DNA of 64,000 bases from Spirochaetia bacterium. GTDB taxonomy: Bacteria > Spirochaetota > Spirochaetia > SZUA-6 > Fen-1364. The DNA lies in assembly GCA_049515135.1 (NCBI GenBank), contig JBEKUJ010000005.1, positions 227,252-291,251 of the forward strand, in the 5' to 3' direction. The notes under the pieces were generated by a model. That model saw only the letters and a program-made list of their open reading frames with translations, had not been told where the DNA came from and made no database searches. A program made the translations under genes and the position numbers. Shown here piece by piece: positions 27,505 through 37,355 of the stretch; the stretch's first letter is position 1, and the number at the start of each line of letters is the position of its first letter.

Positions 27505-29036
27505 GACAGTATTCGCTCCCTCAGGAAATCGTAGGTCAGCCGGTACTTTTCAGCAAGCGATATCGCGTACGACAGCCCGTCCGCGCGCTTGCGGACGACT
27601 TTGTAGGTTCGAACCGCAGGGTTTCCGGGGTCGACCGTGCTGACCATGCTGACAGTTTTGTCGCTCATGGTGGAGAGCTCATCGATGAAGGTCACGCAAA
27701 TGCACACCAGATCCAGCTGGATTATCCTTTCCATCACTTTCTTGCCCAGGAAGATTGCATCTTTCAGCGTGGTTGAATTGAAGATTTCATTCATGATTAT
27801 GACGCTGTTCGACGTGGCCTCGCGGAGGATGCGATGAATTCGAACCAGATCGTCTTCGAGCTTTCCTCTGAGATTCCTGATGTCTTCTTCCTTTTCAAAA
27901 TGGGTGAACAATTTGTCAAAAAGGAGAAGTCGAACTTCCCTGCCCTGGACAGGACAGCCGAGGCTTGCAAGGTAATGCATCTGCCCGAAGGCGCGGGCGA
28001 AGGTCGTTTTACCGCCCTGGTTCGGACCGGACACGATGAAAATGCGCTCCCTGCCGTTCAGGCAAAAATCGTTGCAGACAGGTGAGGAATCCTCCGCGGC
28101 GAGCTTGCGGGCCAGGGCCAAGTCGAATCCCTCAGAGCAGGAGACTTCCTTGCGGATGTCGGAAACGCTGGGATAGCAGAATTGCAGCCCCACCCGTTTC
28201 ACGCCTGCAATAAAGTCCAGATACGAGATGTAGAATTGTACCTCGCGGTCAAAGGCGGCGACTGTTTCATCCAGGTAGCCGGCGTTGCGAGCGCAGTAGT
28301 CGTCGAGGTCCTGAAATATCTCGGGATGCAGTCGGGCAACCAGGTCCAGCACCTGCGCCTCGACGTGATTCATGTCGGATCCGTTTCGGAACTTTGTCAG
28401 GTAATCCTTGACCGCGCCTTGGTTGAACTTCTCGAATGTCCGTTCCACCTCGGCGCTGTAGTCGATTTCAGACTCATATTTCCGGACCCTGACGCGGCCG
28501 GCACTCACAAGCGTGCAGTATTGCACGGAGGGAAGATCCGCCTGCAGCTTCTTTGTCTGCGCGAGAAGTGAGGAAAAGCCTTCGGATGCGGCGTACCCGG
28601 CAAGATACGTGCAAAAGGACACAAGCCCGCGGGATTTCACTTCAAGGACGGATATGTCGCGCGCAAGGGATTGAACCGCGTCACAATAGATCTCCACGGC
28701 ATCCAGGAACCATCTTTCCTTCTGGCGGGCGTAATGGAGCTTGTTTTCCAGGGCAATGTGCTGGCGCATCGTCTGCATCTTCTGCGCGAATGTCTCTATT
28801 GCCTCATTGATGGGCCTGTTTTCGAGATCCCGCATGACTTCCTGGCGATACAAGATCTCATCGACGTCATTCAGTGAGGTGTGGAAGAACGGCTTCAGGT
28901 TGTATTCGTCCTTGCCGACGGTAATTGCGTCTATGATCTGGTCCAGGTTCAAGTCAACGAAGAAATCCGGCGCTTCCGGAGTTTCTTTGGAGAAGCCGGC
29001 ATCCGTTCTTCTGGAAAGCACGCTGCAGAAAATCAT
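27501..29036 (-). CDS. MutS-domain protein, paralog 2
   Basis: IFIVSGPNQGGKTTFARAFGQMHYLASLGCPVQ (Walker A) and MNEIFNSTTLKDA. Same architecture as paralog 1, first in the pair. Confidence 0.7.
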   Translation of the reverse strand: MIFCSVLSRRTDAGFSKETPEAPDFFVDLNLDQIIDAITVGKDEYNLKPFFHTSLNDVDEILYRQEVMRDLENRPINEAIETFAQKMQTMRQHIALENKLHYARQKERWFLDAVEIYCDAVQSLARDISVLEVKSRGLVSFCTYLAGYAASEGFSSLLAQTKKLQADLPSVQYCTLVSAGRVRVRKYESEIDYSAEVERTFEKFNQGAVKDYLTKFRNGSDMNHVEAQVLDLVARLHPEIFQDLDDYCARNAGYLDETVAAFDREVQFYISYLDFIAGVKRVGLQFCYPSVSDIRKEVSCSEGFDLALARKLAAEDSSPVCNDFCLNGRERIFIVSGPNQGGKTTFARAFGQMHYLASLGCPVQGREVRLLLFDKLFTHFEKEEDIRNLRGKLEDDLVRIHRILREATSNSVIIMNEIFNSTTLKDAIFLGKKVMERIIQLDLVCICVTFIDELSTMSDKTVSMVSTVDPGNPAVRTYKVVRKRADGLSYAISLAEKYRLTYDFLRERILS

Positions 29037-29054
29037 CTCTAACCTCCCGGGTCA

Positions 29055-30253
29055 TCACGAGCGGAGCTTTCGCCTGGCGACGTGCCAGAACCATGGCACG
29101 GCAGCCAATTGCAGAACCACTGATACGGCAATCAGGGAAACCAGCGAAACGCCGTAGAGAAATCCGAGCGCTGCGCTTCCCAGGAACCAGAATGTGCCGT
29201 ACGCCGCAGTGAACAACCCATATGCGGACGCGCGTCGATTCGAAGCGACCATCGGCGCCACGGCGGCGGGGATGATCGATTCGTGCACGCCCATGCCGAG
29301 CCCCCAGAGAGCCATGCCAATGAGCGCGCCCCAGAAGCCGCCAAGGAACACCAGCGGTGCAAAAAGGGCTGAAGCGATTGTCAGGACGATCAACACACGG
29401 AACCCGAAACGGTCGAAAAGCCGTCCGAACGCCAGTGAGCCAACGCCGCTGACGCCCATCGCCACCGCGTAGAAAACGGGGATGACATCTGATGAAACCG
29501 TCGACGCCTTTGCGAAGTGATATGCAATGAGCGGAAAATCAGCAAACCCGGCTGCGACAAGGGCTGCGCCGGCCAGATAGATCCAGAAAATGCGCGGCAG
29601 TCCCCGCGCCTGGACATCCGAGGTTTTTGCTTCATTTTTTCGGGGTGAGCGTACAGCAGGCGGGCCGTCATCACGAGGCAGAGGTTGATGGCGGCAGGAA
29701 CAACGAGCGCCGCAAACGCGAGGCGATAATCGCCGCGGAGCGCGAGGACCCCGGCAACCGCCAAAGGCCCGAAAAGAGCGCCGAACTGATCAAGTGCCTC
29801 GTGAAGACCGAACGCCCAGCCATATCCCTTCATCCAGCTCCCGGCGTGCGCCAACATGGCATCACGCGGCGGATTGCGGGTGGCCTTGCCCATCCGCTCG
29901 AGGATGATGAGCACCGCAGCCATCTGCCAGTTTCCCGCGAGGGCAAGGAGCGGCACGGAGGCCATCTGGACGACATACCCCGCTATCGTGATCGGCCAGA
30001 ACTTCTGCGTCCGATCGGCAACACGCCCTGAGACCAGCCGCAGGCCGTATCCGAGGAACTCACCCAGCCCGGCCACCACGCCCACGATGAAAGCGTTGGC
30101 CTGCAAGACCGCCAGGAAGGGCCCAAGGATGCTGCGTGAGCCTTCATAGGTGAAATCCGCGAAAAAGCTCAGGATGCCGATCAGGATGACGAACCTGAGC
30201 GCTGTCTTCCTGCCTTCTCTGACTTGCGGCTCGCTCATTTCACTCATGGGCAT
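29055..30253 (-). pseudogene. MFS transporter split by a frameshift at a T6/A6 homopolymer (29634-29639)
   Basis: Listed ORFs 29390..30253 (TM1-6) and 29055..29465 (TM10-12) are in different frames. Reading the second frame upstream gives ...KTSDVQARGLPRIFWIYLAGAALVAAGFADFPLIAYHFAK..., which joins the first half precisely at the GAAAAAATG run. Confidence 0.6.
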
Positions 30254-30689
30254 GCATCTCGCCGCTCATTCCACGATCCACGTATTCCGTGAGTTGGCCA
30301 AGGATCAATTGCAACCCCGCCAGGGCCTGCTTCGTCTCTTGAGCCGCGTCTGCATCGAGGGCGCCATAGTTTCCCAGTCGTTTCGGCTCCACCTCAGCAA
30401 GGGCTATCCAGACGAAATCGAGAGCTACGCGAAATGTCCATAGGCCCCCCTTCGACGGGGCGTCTGGGTGGACCGGAACAGCTTCGAGGAAGCGGCGCGC
30501 GACGCGGCGGAAGGATGCAAGGTAGTCGGCAATAACGCGCCGCTGGGTCGGGCTTACATCGGGCAGGCAGGAAGGAAAAAGCAAGTCTCCGTCCGCTTGT
30601 CCGAGGCCGGCCACCGCTTGCGCCAGAAGCTTGTCAACGTGTTGAAATGCGGCGAGAAGATAACGTTTGTGGTTTTCATTAAATGGCAT
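30240..30689 (-). CDS. Hypothetical protein (149 aa)
   Basis: ATG preceded by AAGGAGG. It overlaps the MFS start, suggesting an operon. I recognise no family. Confidence 0.45.
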   Translation of the reverse strand: MPFNENHKRYLLAAFQHVDKLLAQAVAGLGQADGDLLFPSCLPDVSPTQRRVIADYLASFRRVARRFLEAVPVHPDAPSKGGLWTFRVALDFVWIALAEVEPKRLGNYGALDADAAQETKQALAGLQLILGQLTEYVDRGMSGEMHAHE

Positions 30690-30840
30690 TGCCTCCTTAC
30701 CCCCTCATGCCCCGGCCGCGCAGGCCTCTCACACGGCCAGCTCATCATGTGCTCAGGCATCATCAGCCAGCAGGGCGTTTAACGGAGGAATGCCATCTCC
30801 ACCGCTCAATGTATAAGCAATCAAGACATTGAACAAGAGG

Positions 30841-31476
30841 TTAAAGGCGCGGCTGAGACTTCACGTGGCAAGTCTCGTTCATCGACGCAAGCGAAAAATC
30901 GTTCCCGTCGATCTCGATTTCGCTGACCGCGCAATTGTCTTGCTTGAGATGCCATAGGCGATCGTTTCCCAGGCCCAGGACAACAAGAAGCATTGTCCTG
31001 TTCACGTCGGTGTGCGCCACGGCCACGACCGTCTCACCGGCATGTCGGGATGAGATCTCGGCAAGCGCCGTCACGCATCTCCGGCGGACCTCGTCAAGCG
31101 ATTCGCCGCCCGGCATCTTCACCGTCTGAGGGGTTGTGTACCACGCAGAAAGAAGCTCAGGCCATCGCGCTTTGACTTCACGAGGGGACAGGCCTTCCCA
31201 TTCGCCAAAACTCATGTCGATCAGGGCAGGCAATATCTCAACCGCTAGAGAGAAAGGGCGCGCAATTGCCTTTGCCGTGTCCAAAGCGCGGGAAAGAGGG
31301 CTCGAGTAGATGGCTGTCGGCTTCCATTCCGCTTCGATGCGCCGGGCGGTGAGCTCCGCTTGGCGCACGCCAACGTCGTTCAGCGGAACGTCCGTGTGCC
31401 CCCGGAATCGCTCGTTCACATTCCAATCGGTCTGTCCGTGTCGCACGAGAATGATCCGTGTCCGGTTTTCGCTCAT
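30841..31476 (-). CDS. Histidine phosphatase family protein (phosphoglycerate-mutase-like)
   Basis: ILVRHGQTDWN is the RHG catalytic motif, and there is a later His. Confidence 0.8.
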   Translation of the reverse strand: MSENRTRIILVRHGQTDWNVNERFRGHTDVPLNDVGVRQAELTARRIEAEWKPTAIYSSPLSRALDTAKAIARPFSLAVEILPALIDMSFGEWEGLSPREVKARWPELLSAWYTTPQTVKMPGGESLDEVRRRCVTALAEISSRHAGETVVAVAHTDVNRTMLLVVLGLGNDRLWHLKQDNCAVSEIEIDGNDFSLASMNETCHVKSQPRL

Positions 31477-31829
31477 CGAGGCGTGTCCGTTTTTTCTTGG
31501 ATTCTTGCGAGTATGTGCCTGCTGTCCATATCATTCGGTTTTCGTTCGATGACTTCGACGATGCATCTTCTGGCCTCATCATACTTCCCCATCTTGTACA
31601 GACACCACGCGAGATGTTGGAGGAACATCGGCTCGTAAGGATTCAGATACATGGCCCGTCGGAACTGCGATTCGGCGACATCGAACATTTCTCTCTGCAA
31701 GGCGTACATACCTAGCGAATCGCGGTCATAGCCAAGGAAACGGCTTGGCCGCATCTGCTCTTCTCTGCGTTCGTCCCGGTTTGGACTGACGGATACTTTT
31801 CGCCGCATGGTCACTGACGCAGATGGCAC
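31473..31829 (-). CDS. Tetratricopeptide-repeat protein (small)
   Basis: FRRAMYLNPYEPMFLQHLAWCLYKMGKYDEARRCIVEVIERKPND is TPR-like. A 4-nt overlap with the downstream gene. Confidence 0.5.
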   Translation of the reverse strand: MPSASVTMRRKVSVSPNRDERREEQMRPSRFLGYDRDSLGMYALQREMFDVAESQFRRAMYLNPYEPMFLQHLAWCLYKMGKYDEARRCIVEVIERKPNDMDSRHILARIQEKTDTPR

Positions 31830-31991
31830 GGTATGCGCGGGGACAGCTGACTGTCAACACTTCGCTCTTGACCGCCGCGGAGCTTTTCGATACCTTCGCC
31901 GCAGACAAGTTGGCGATGGGGTTCGCCATAAAAACGCCCTCATGGGGCTGATAACTCCTACCTGACACATTCTGCCAGCTGGAGGAGCTCC

Positions 31992-33197
31992 ATGGAACCG
32001 CTTTTCTTTATTGCCGGTATCTGGCTTTGCATCTCTGTCATTGCAGCAATCATTGCGTACCACCTTGATATCTCGATAGCCCTGGTAGAGATCTGCCTCG
32101 GGGTGGCAGCTGCTGCGATTGCCGACCATTTCTTCGGCAAAGGATCGCTCGGAAGCAGTCAGCCATGGCTGCAATTCCTCGCCTCTGCAGGCGCGGTGTT
32201 GTTAACCTTCCTTGCCGGCGCTGAGCTTGATCCCGCCGTGATGCGCGCGAAGATCAGAGAGGTGAGCATCATCGGGATTGTCGGCTTCCTCGCTCCTTTC
32301 GCCGGGGGGACTGCGGTAGCGAGGTTCTTCCTGGGCTGGTCGATTTCTTCCAGTTTGCTGGGAGGCATTGCTCTTTCCACAACTTCCATGGCAGTGGTAT
32401 ATGCCGTGATGCTGGAGACAGGGCTGAACAAAACGGACTTCGGGAAAGGGATCCTCGGGGCCTGTTTCGTGAACGATCTTGGGACCGTCATCGCTCTGGG
32501 TCTGATGTTCTCTCCGTTCACCTACAAGACGCTCGCGTTCATCGTCGTGAGCGCCCTTGTTATCGGATTCCTGCCCACGGTGACAAAGTTCCTCACTCGC
32601 GTCTACGGCAACAGGACGGCTGCCATCAGGACCAAGTGGATCATCGCCGTGCTCCTGGGGCTCGGGACCCTGGCGTACTGGTCGGGAAGCGAGGCCGTCC
32701 TCCCCGCGTATGTCGTGGGCATCGTGCTGGCTGAGTTCGTCACAGCGGAGCACCTGTGGCTTCGCCGGCTTCGCACGTTGACAACTGGGCTCCTCACGCC
32801 TTTTTATTTCATCCGCGCCGGTTCGTTCATTTCGGTCCCTGCCCTGATTGCCGCTCCGGCGATGGTGCTCATGCTCTTCCTGGCGAAAGTGATCTCCAAG
32901 ATCTTCGGATTATTCCCCCTGATCGGCAGGTTCCGCGGGCAGACCCAGGAACGGTGGTACTACACTCTCATGATGTCGACCGGGCTCACCTTCGGGACAA
33001 TTTCCTCCCTGTACGGGCTGAGCCATGGCATCATCGACCAGGCCCAGTATTCCGCGCTTGTGGCCACGGTAATTGCCAGCGCTGTGATCCCGACTCTGAT
33101 TGCCCAGCGCGCGTTCCTTCCGAAACACCTGCTTGCCCCTGCGGAGTTGAAGAAGCATGTTCTGAGGGTCCCCGAGGGAAGTCCCGCGGACGAATAA
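31992..33197 (+). CDS. Cation:proton antiporter (CPA1/CPA2, Na+/H+ or K+/H+ exchanger family)
   Basis: 401 aa polytopic protein. FLAGAELD and later segments are Na_H_Exchanger-like. RBS GGAGGAG. Confidence 0.75.
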   Translation: MEPLFFIAGIWLCISVIAAIIAYHLDISIALVEICLGVAAAAIADHFFGKGSLGSSQPWLQFLASAGAVLLTFLAGAELDPAVMRAKIREVSIIGIVGFLAPFAGGTAVARFFLGWSISSSLLGGIALSTTSMAVVYAVMLETGLNKTDFGKGILGACFVNDLGTVIALGLMFSPFTYKTLAFIVVSALVIGFLPTVTKFLTRVYGNRTAAIRTKWIIAVLLGLGTLAYWSGSEAVLPAYVVGIVLAEFVTAEHLWLRRLRTLTTGLLTPFYFIRAGSFISVPALIAAPAMVLMLFLAKVISKIFGLFPLIGRFRGQTQERWYYTLMMSTGLTFGTISSLYGLSHGIIDQAQYSALVATVIASAVIPTLIAQRAFLPKHLLAPAELKKHVLRVPEGSPADE

Positions 33198-33202
33198 GAT
33201 AG

Positions 33203-34474
33203 ATGCTGCGGCTGTTCTTTGGCGTTGGCATATTCCTCGCCACTCTCGTCGTCATCGTGGTCAGGCCGTACAGGGTCACCGAAGCCATGGCGTCCGCAGG
33301 CGGAGCTCTGCTCATGATTGCCGGCGGGTTCGTTGGCATTCGCGAGGCGGCTTCCGTGCTGATCGGGCAGTGGAATACTCTTGGATTCTTCCTGGGGTTG
33401 ATGGCCATTTCCGCCGTTGCCGAGGAAGCTGGGGTCTTTGAGACGCTGGCATTCCAGGCTGCGCGGTGGGGGAGGGGGAACTCGACCCGGCTGTACATCG
33501 CTGTTTTTTCCGTCGGGACGGTCATCAGCGCCTTTCTCTCCAACGATGCAACAGCCCTGATCCTTACCCCCGTTGTCTATGCGCTTGTGACACGGCTTCG
33601 CCTTCCCGTTCTCCCGTTCATGTTTGCATGCACCTTCATTGCCGACACGGCCTCCTTCATCCTTCCGGTGAGCAACCCCATCAACATCCTGATCCTGCAC
33701 TCCTTTGGCGGCGGGCTGGTGACCTTTCTTCGCTACCTGGCCCTTCCAAGCCTTGCAGCCGTGGTGCTCAACTGCATCATCTTCCTCTGGCTCTTCCGGA
33801 GCGACCTTGCACAGGACTATTCGCTGTCGGCCCTGCCCGCACCTCGTATTGTTGACACGCGATTCCTTGCAGTCACCGCTTGCATCCTTGCGCTCATCGT
33901 CGTCTCCTACCTCGCGGCTTCCCTGACAGGAGTGCCGCTGTCCTATGTTGCGCTGGGCGGGGGGATCCTGATGGCCGCGGCCGCTCTCCTCCTTCGGCGT
34001 CTCCGGCCGGCAGTGCTGGTCCGAAAGATATCCTGGTCGCTTTTCATCTTTGTCGGAGGCATGTTCATTGTTGTGAAGGCTGTGGAGGACCTGGGGCTCA
34101 CGGCGGCATTCGGGCGCATGCTCCTGGGCCTTGCGGCCGGCCGGCCCCTTGCGGCAGTGCTCCTTGTGGCGGGCGGCACGGCACTCGGCGCGAACCTCAT
34201 CAACAACGTGCCGATGGCCCTGGTAATGACTTCCGCGCTGCATGGCCTCCCGCCTTCATTTACGGGGCACGAGTCGCTTGCGTATGCGGCCATTTTCGGC
34301 GCTGACCTTGGCCCGAACCTCACGACCGTCGGCTCGCTGGCCACCATGCTCTGGCTCCTGATCCTCCGGCGCCGCGGGCTGGAGGTATCCACTCGTCAGT
34401 ACTTCAGGCTTGGCATTACATTCGTCCCGGCGCTCATTGTACTCGGCTCCCTGCTGATATGGGCCCGGTTGTAA
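33203..34474 (+). CDS. ArsB/NhaD-superfamily permease (arsenite efflux / anion permease family)
   Basis: 423 aa polytopic protein. SNDATALILTPV and a repeated two-half topology are characteristic of ArsB/NhaD/CitMHS. Confidence 0.75.
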   Translation: MLRLFFGVGIFLATLVVIVVRPYRVTEAMASAGGALLMIAGGFVGIREAASVLIGQWNTLGFFLGLMAISAVAEEAGVFETLAFQAARWGRGNSTRLYIAVFSVGTVISAFLSNDATALILTPVVYALVTRLRLPVLPFMFACTFIADTASFILPVSNPINILILHSFGGGLVTFLRYLALPSLAAVVLNCIIFLWLFRSDLAQDYSLSALPAPRIVDTRFLAVTACILALIVVSYLAASLTGVPLSYVALGGGILMAAAALLLRRLRPAVLVRKISWSLFIFVGGMFIVVKAVEDLGLTAAFGRMLLGLAAGRPLAAVLLVAGGTALGANLINNVPMALVMTSALHGLPPSFTGHESLAYAAIFGADLGPNLTTVGSLATMLWLLILRRRGLEVSTRQYFRLGITFVPALIVLGSLLIWARL

Positions 34475-34483
34475 GGAGGGGAC

Positions 34484-34957
34484 ATGCGTATCCTGTGCGC
34501 CATAGGCATTCGTCGCGGAGGGGAACTGGTCCGGCGGGTGAGTCGCATCACGCGGACCGGCGATGAGCTGGTCATCGTGCATGTCCTGGAAACCGGCCCT
34601 CGCCATGACCTGAACCACCTGGAAGGCACCATCCGCCCTCATCACGACCATCGGCGGGAGCTTGACGCCGCCGAGCAGGAAGCGGGGGGCGCCGCCCTGA
34701 AGGAAGCTGGCGAGGAGGCAGGCCTGGCGGGGATCCCCGCCACGACCAGGCTGGAACGCGGGAGACCCGAGCAGGTTATCGTGGCGCTTGCGCGCGAGCT
34801 TTCAGCCGATCTGGTGGCCCTGATGGCTCGGGAAATGCCGCACGGACATCCCCTGCAGGGGCCTCCCTCCATCGGCCACACGGCGCGTTTCGTCTTTGAT
34901 CACGCGCCGTCAGACGTGCTGGTCTTCCGCGAGAAGTCAGAACCCCCATGGGGATGA
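34484..34957 (+). CDS. Universal stress protein (UspA family)
   Basis: 157 aa, MRILCAI...ELVIVHV...DLVALMARE...SDVLVF, a Usp-like alpha/beta pattern. Confidence 0.6.
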   Translation: MRILCAIGIRRGGELVRRVSRITRTGDELVIVHVLETGPRHDLNHLEGTIRPHHDHRRELDAAEQEAGGAALKEAGEEAGLAGIPATTRLERGRPEQVIVALARELSADLVALMAREMPHGHPLQGPPSIGHTARFVFDHAPSDVLVFREKSEPPWG

Positions 34958-36445
34958 TGTGACCCGGTAGCCGTTGGCCGCCGCCCAGAGGCGCGCCGCG
35001 TCATCAAGCTTCCTGCTGCCTGAGTTCAGGAACCGTGTCCCGATCTCCGTGCTGCCAGATCTCTCCAGGGCAGCGATGAGAAGCCAGGTGTCCTTTGCCC
35101 TACCCTCCTTGAGAAGCTTCTCATAGTCTTTTGCAGCCTGCGCCGGGTCGGCGCCGAGCAGCTCGGCGGAGGCGGCCTGCATTTCGTCCGTATCTGCCAT
35201 TTCCAGCACCCAGGCGCAGGCGCCACGCACGTCCCGGTCCTTCGATGCTTTGCCGATCTCCAGCACGCGCGGCAGGACCTCTTCCCCCATCCGGCCCAGA
35301 ACGAATGCCACCCAGAGCCGGGCTGCCTGGTCCTTGCCCCCGAGCATGGCGTACAGTTTCTCCTTTCCCGGGTCCCCCATGTTGCGCAGCGCGTCGAGGG
35401 CAATGAAGGTCGATTCGGAGCTGGCTTCGGTGACAAGGAACTTTGCAATGGCGTTGATGGCACGCTCATCCTTCATCTGTCCCAGGGCAATCGTCGCTGC
35501 TGCTCTGTCATTCCATTCGGAGCTCTTGAACAACGCCATGAGAGGACTGAAGGATGCCGGTCCGATCTCCACGAGCGCTTCTTCAATTGCCGCTGCCTTT
35601 GGCGACTGGGGATGGTTCGGTTTGATTGCGAGGACAAGGGGGTTGACTGCCTTGTCCCCAAAGGAAACAAGCATCTTGCGCGCGCTCTCGGAGGTCGTGT
35701 CGCTGTCAAGCCCGAGAATCAGGACCGGGATGGCCTTCTCTCCGAAAGAAGAAAGAGTGTCCCAGTCATGCATCTGGAGAGAGACGAGCATCTTTTCCCT
35801 GTCGGTCTTCGCCACCCAGCCAACGTTTTCCAGCGCGTTGGCCGCCGCATCCCGCACCGTGCCGTTCTCATCTCCCAGGAAGAGAACGAGCCCCTTTGCA
35901 GCCCGGGGCTCCCCCAGTTCCCCCAACGCCTCGGCGATTGCCGCTCTGCCCGCGATGTCATTCTGGTCGGACTGGCTTGCGGGAATGGCTGCCACAAGGC
36001 CATCCACGGCGCGCAGGTCACCAATGAGAGTAAGCGACTTCGCAGCATTTTCCCGCCAGAGGAAGCCCTTTTTCAGCGCCGCTATGAGCGGCAGCACAGC
36101 CTTCCCGCTCTTCATTGCTCCCAGGGCTTTTGCCGCCGCGCTTCCTCTGACGGGCGAGTCTCCGCGAAGCTCGGCGAGCATCACCGTCTCGGCCTGCGCG
36201 CCGCCGATTGCTCCTATCGCTTCCGCGGCATCCTCCTGGATGGCGCTGGAATCGTCCTGGAAGGCGGCAATCAGCGCTTTCAAGGCCTTTGGGCCCCCCA
36301 GGGAGCCGAGGCGCTGGCAGGCCTCCTGCTTAGCCGCAAAATCGTCGGACTTCAGGACGGCCACGGCATCGTCCACGTCATCTGCCAGGACAGGGGAGAC
36401 GGCGAAACACATTGCGGAAAGGAGGAGCAGCGCGCGGATTTTCAT
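34937..36445 (-). CDS. HEAT-repeat (PBS-lyase-like) protein, secreted
   Basis: Signal peptide MKIRALLLLSAMCFAVSPVLA. Multiple degenerate repeats (AAEALGELGEPRAAKGLV, AANALENVG...) are HEAT_2-like. Confidence 0.65.
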   Translation of the reverse strand: MKIRALLLLSAMCFAVSPVLADDVDDAVAVLKSDDFAAKQEACQRLGSLGGPKALKALIAAFQDDSSAIQEDAAEAIGAIGGAQAETVMLAELRGDSPVRGSAAAKALGAMKSGKAVLPLIAALKKGFLWRENAAKSLTLIGDLRAVDGLVAAIPASQSDQNDIAGRAAIAEALGELGEPRAAKGLVLFLGDENGTVRDAAANALENVGWVAKTDREKMLVSLQMHDWDTLSSFGEKAIPVLILGLDSDTTSESARKMLVSFGDKAVNPLVLAIKPNHPQSPKAAAIEEALVEIGPASFSPLMALFKSSEWNDRAAATIALGQMKDERAINAIAKFLVTEASSESTFIALDALRNMGDPGKEKLYAMLGGKDQAARLWVAFVLGRMGEEVLPRVLEIGKASKDRDVRGACAWVLEMADTDEMQAASAELLGADPAQAAKDYEKLLKEGRAKDTWLLIAALERSGSTEIGTRFLNSGSRKLDDAARLWAAANGYRVTSSPWGF

Positions 36446-36527
36446 GCCCGGAGTTTACATGGTCCCTAGAGCGCGTCAAGCGGTATATACTCCAGGGAGG
36501 AAATCCTGTCATGTCAGGGGGAAGAGA

Positions 36528-37346
36528 ATGGCCATCAAGAGTGAATGGGTGAGCTATGGGGATGAAATCGGTTACATTGCCGTGCCAGAACGCGCGGCGA
36601 CACCATTGCCCGGCGTCGTTGTCATCCAGGAGATCATGGGAGTGAACGAGCACATAGAGGACGTGACGCGCCGGATCGCCGCGGCCGGCTATGTCGCGCT
36701 GGCTCCCGACCTTTTCAGCGTCAAGGGAACGCGACCCCCGGCTCTGACCCGCGAGCGGGTGGCCAAGGCCATGGCCTTCATGGGCCGGCTGCCTCCCGCT
36801 GCCATGGGGGATCCGGCGATGAGGGACGCGGAGCTGGCCAAGCTGCCCGAACCGGACCGTCAGCAGATCGGTGAGAGCTTCGGGCAGATCTGGGGCTCTA
36901 CTGCGCCGGCTCGCATAGAAGCCGTGGTCGGCCAGCTGAGAAAGGCTGTTCATTACCTCCGTTCCGAACGCCAGGAGACCCGTCAGCAGCCCGTGGGATG
37001 CGTGGGTTTCTGCATGGGTGGAGGGCTTTCGGCGCTGCTTGCATGCGAAGAGCCCGAGCTGTCAGCCGCCGCGGTGTATTACGGGAACGCTCCCTCCGCG
37101 GAGAAGGTCGCAAAGATCGCCTGCCCCGTCCTTGCCTTCTACGGGGAAAAGGACCAGCGGGTCAACGCCGGCATACCCGGCTTCGAGGAGGCAATGCGCA
37201 AGGGAGGGAAATCATTCGAGCATCACATCTACCCTGACGCAACCCACGCATTCTTCAACGATGACGGACCGAGATACAACGTGCGGGCGGCCCGGGATTC
37301 CTTTGCCCGGCTCCTCATGTTCTTCGCAAAGACCCTCTCCGGATAG
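36528..37346 (+). CDS. Dienelactone hydrolase family protein
   Basis: GFCMGGG is the nucleophile-Cys motif, within an alpha/beta hydrolase pattern. The listed 698-aa ORF 35250..37346 is the antisense of the HEAT gene fused to this gene; the true start is ATG 36528. Confidence 0.75.
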   Translation: MAIKSEWVSYGDEIGYIAVPERAATPLPGVVVIQEIMGVNEHIEDVTRRIAAAGYVALAPDLFSVKGTRPPALTRERVAKAMAFMGRLPPAAMGDPAMRDAELAKLPEPDRQQIGESFGQIWGSTAPARIEAVVGQLRKAVHYLRSERQETRQQPVGCVGFCMGGGLSALLACEEPELSAAAVYYGNAPSAEKVAKIACPVLAFYGEKDQRVNAGIPGFEEAMRKGGKSFEHHIYPDATHAFFNDDGPRYNVRAARDSFARLLMFFAKTLSG

Positions 37347-37355
37347 GCTTTCCTC

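Noticed and set aside
35250-36527. 5' part of the listed 698-aa + ORF
   Set aside because: It is the antisense of the HEAT-repeat gene and is low-complexity S/A/R-rich. Only the 3' part from ATG 36528 is a real gene (dienelactone hydrolase).
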